The translations under genes were made by a program, and so were the position numbers. A DNA stretch of 38,953 nucleotides from Geosiphon pyriformis uo1 (taxonomy: Eukaryota > Fungi > Glomeromycota): NCBI GenBank assembly GCA_016748015.1, contig JAAOMT010000418.1, positions 1 to 38,953 of the forward strand. The letters run 5' to 3'. Numbering within the stretch: the first letter of the stretch is position 1; each line of letters opens with the position of its first letter. Below the pieces are notes generated by a model. It had not been told where the DNA came from. It ran no database searches and saw only the letters and a list, made by a program, of their open reading frames with translations. Of the stretch, positions 37,541-38,953 are shown piece after piece.

Positions 37541-38369
37541 AACCTAAAATGAAAAATAGAAAAATTTATTAAAGTAGATTATAGTTTCAAGTTTTATTGA
37601 TTAAACTTGGATGAAGAAATTACAAATTATGAAGAAAAATTAAAATTAAAAATCAATACTGTCTTGTGATTTGATAATATTTTTAAACGTTTGGTTGGTT
37701 GATGAATCGAAAACCTCATACGATAAAAAACTTTTAACTCTTTCAATTAAAACCTGATATATTTTGTAGTGACTATCAAAAACTATCAAGTCATTGATCA
37801 GATCAAGGAGAAAGATTGAACCGTAAAAATAGCATTTTACCGATCATTTAAATAGTCTTTCTCACTATAAAAATTATGAATTCGAAAGAAAATAAATAGG
37901 TAAATTTTCAATATTTCTTTTAAAAGCTCAACCGAAATGTGGGCATATAAAATTTACCAAAAGTTTTAAAAATTAATCACTAGCAATGTATACTTCATCA
38001 ACAACTTCCCATATAGATAGATGCCCTGATTTATGTCGAATTAATCGTGAAGTCGTTAATCAATTACTAAACCAACTAATAGTGCCCAATAACTAGCAAC
38101 CAACCCCTATCAACAATTCTCTCTCCACAAAATATTGATTTTACAGTCAAAGAAGAATTCGTCGAACCAACCTTTGTCTATTCCTACAGACCTACTAATT
38201 AAAACTATTTATTTATAAGCTTTTTACATTTGACTTATTAAACCAACTAAATAACTGAGCCAAATAATTTATTTTCACTTACCTAACTTAGATATATTAA
38301 TAATTTAGACAATCAAAATCACCTTACACGAACATTTGCATTTTTATACTTTCTGATCTCTTTTTAATT

Positions 38370-38660
38370 ATCCCCAACTTACATTCTTTTTGCCTTTTTT
38401 TGTATTTCTTCTCTTTACTTAGTTCTCTATATGTTTTTTGGACTTTCTACCCAAAAAATGCATAAAATTGAGGATCCAAATAATTCGTCGCATAATTCAT
38501 TTGCACAATTACTTACCTCTTCGAATTTAAGCATTGTGTGTTTGTGATTTTTGCATTTTTTCTTACACATCATCATTTCAATGACCCCTTCTTCACGTTT
38601 TCTTGAGACTTTAAATCAATAAAAAAATGAGGAGATTATATATTGTCTTTTTGATTTTAT
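38370..38660 (-). pseudogene. Possible degenerate HMG-box gene fragment
   Basis: Minus-strand fragments NLLIF.., EEVSNCANELCDEL and KVQKTYRELSKEKKYKKGKK lie in HMG-box order across frameshifts. Confidence 0.3.
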
Positions 38661-38953
38661 AGTTACTTGATTATGAACATTTTCATAAGATACTGAACAC
38701 TTTTGATTCCTCATTCTCTTTATAAGATACTTGAAACGCTTTGATTTTAAAGCATCTCATTTATTTTTAACGTTTCATCTTTTCTAACGCGCATTCTTCA
38801 TTCCTTCACTTTACCCTCTATCCCTTCCATTATATAACTCAAACTCTCTTAAGCCAATAAATAGACTCTCTTATTTTTCAAATACTTGAAAGGTTTTTCT
38901 TTAAGAACTAGCATCATTCATAACGACTCTTACATCGTTGACAAGACAATCAC

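Overview
AT-rich, intron-containing eukaryotic DNA, most consistent with an arbuscular-mycorrhizal-type fungus (Glomeromycotina). That assignment is an inference from the Sel1 repeat gene, Chs7, short GT-AG introns and gene islands separated by extremely AT-rich decayed DNA. Recognisable genes in order: a Sel1-repeat gene running off the left edge, a DUF1769-like gene, eIF3f divergent with RRB1/GRWD1, CHS7, an uncertain orphan gene, two convergent intronless paralogues of unknown family, a TPR-SET/MYND (SMYD-like) methyltransferase, lanosterol synthase ERG7 and a DUF4449/DUF5923 (HAM1-like) gene. Remnants include a Tc1/mariner transposase, a Sel1 pseudogene, a MITE-like element, a long degenerate inverted repeat, and possible kinase and HMG-box relics. 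The best novelty candidate is the tail-to-tail paralogue pair (15807-17574). By eye both proteins resemble the PriCT-2 + D5_N segment of viral/mobile D5-type primase-helicases without the catalytic domains, and a perfect 30-bp palindrome lies near their axis of symmetry. A perfect Tn5/Nextera mosaic end at 636-654 indicates a probable assembly artefact. All assignments are by-eye motif recognition; no searches were run.
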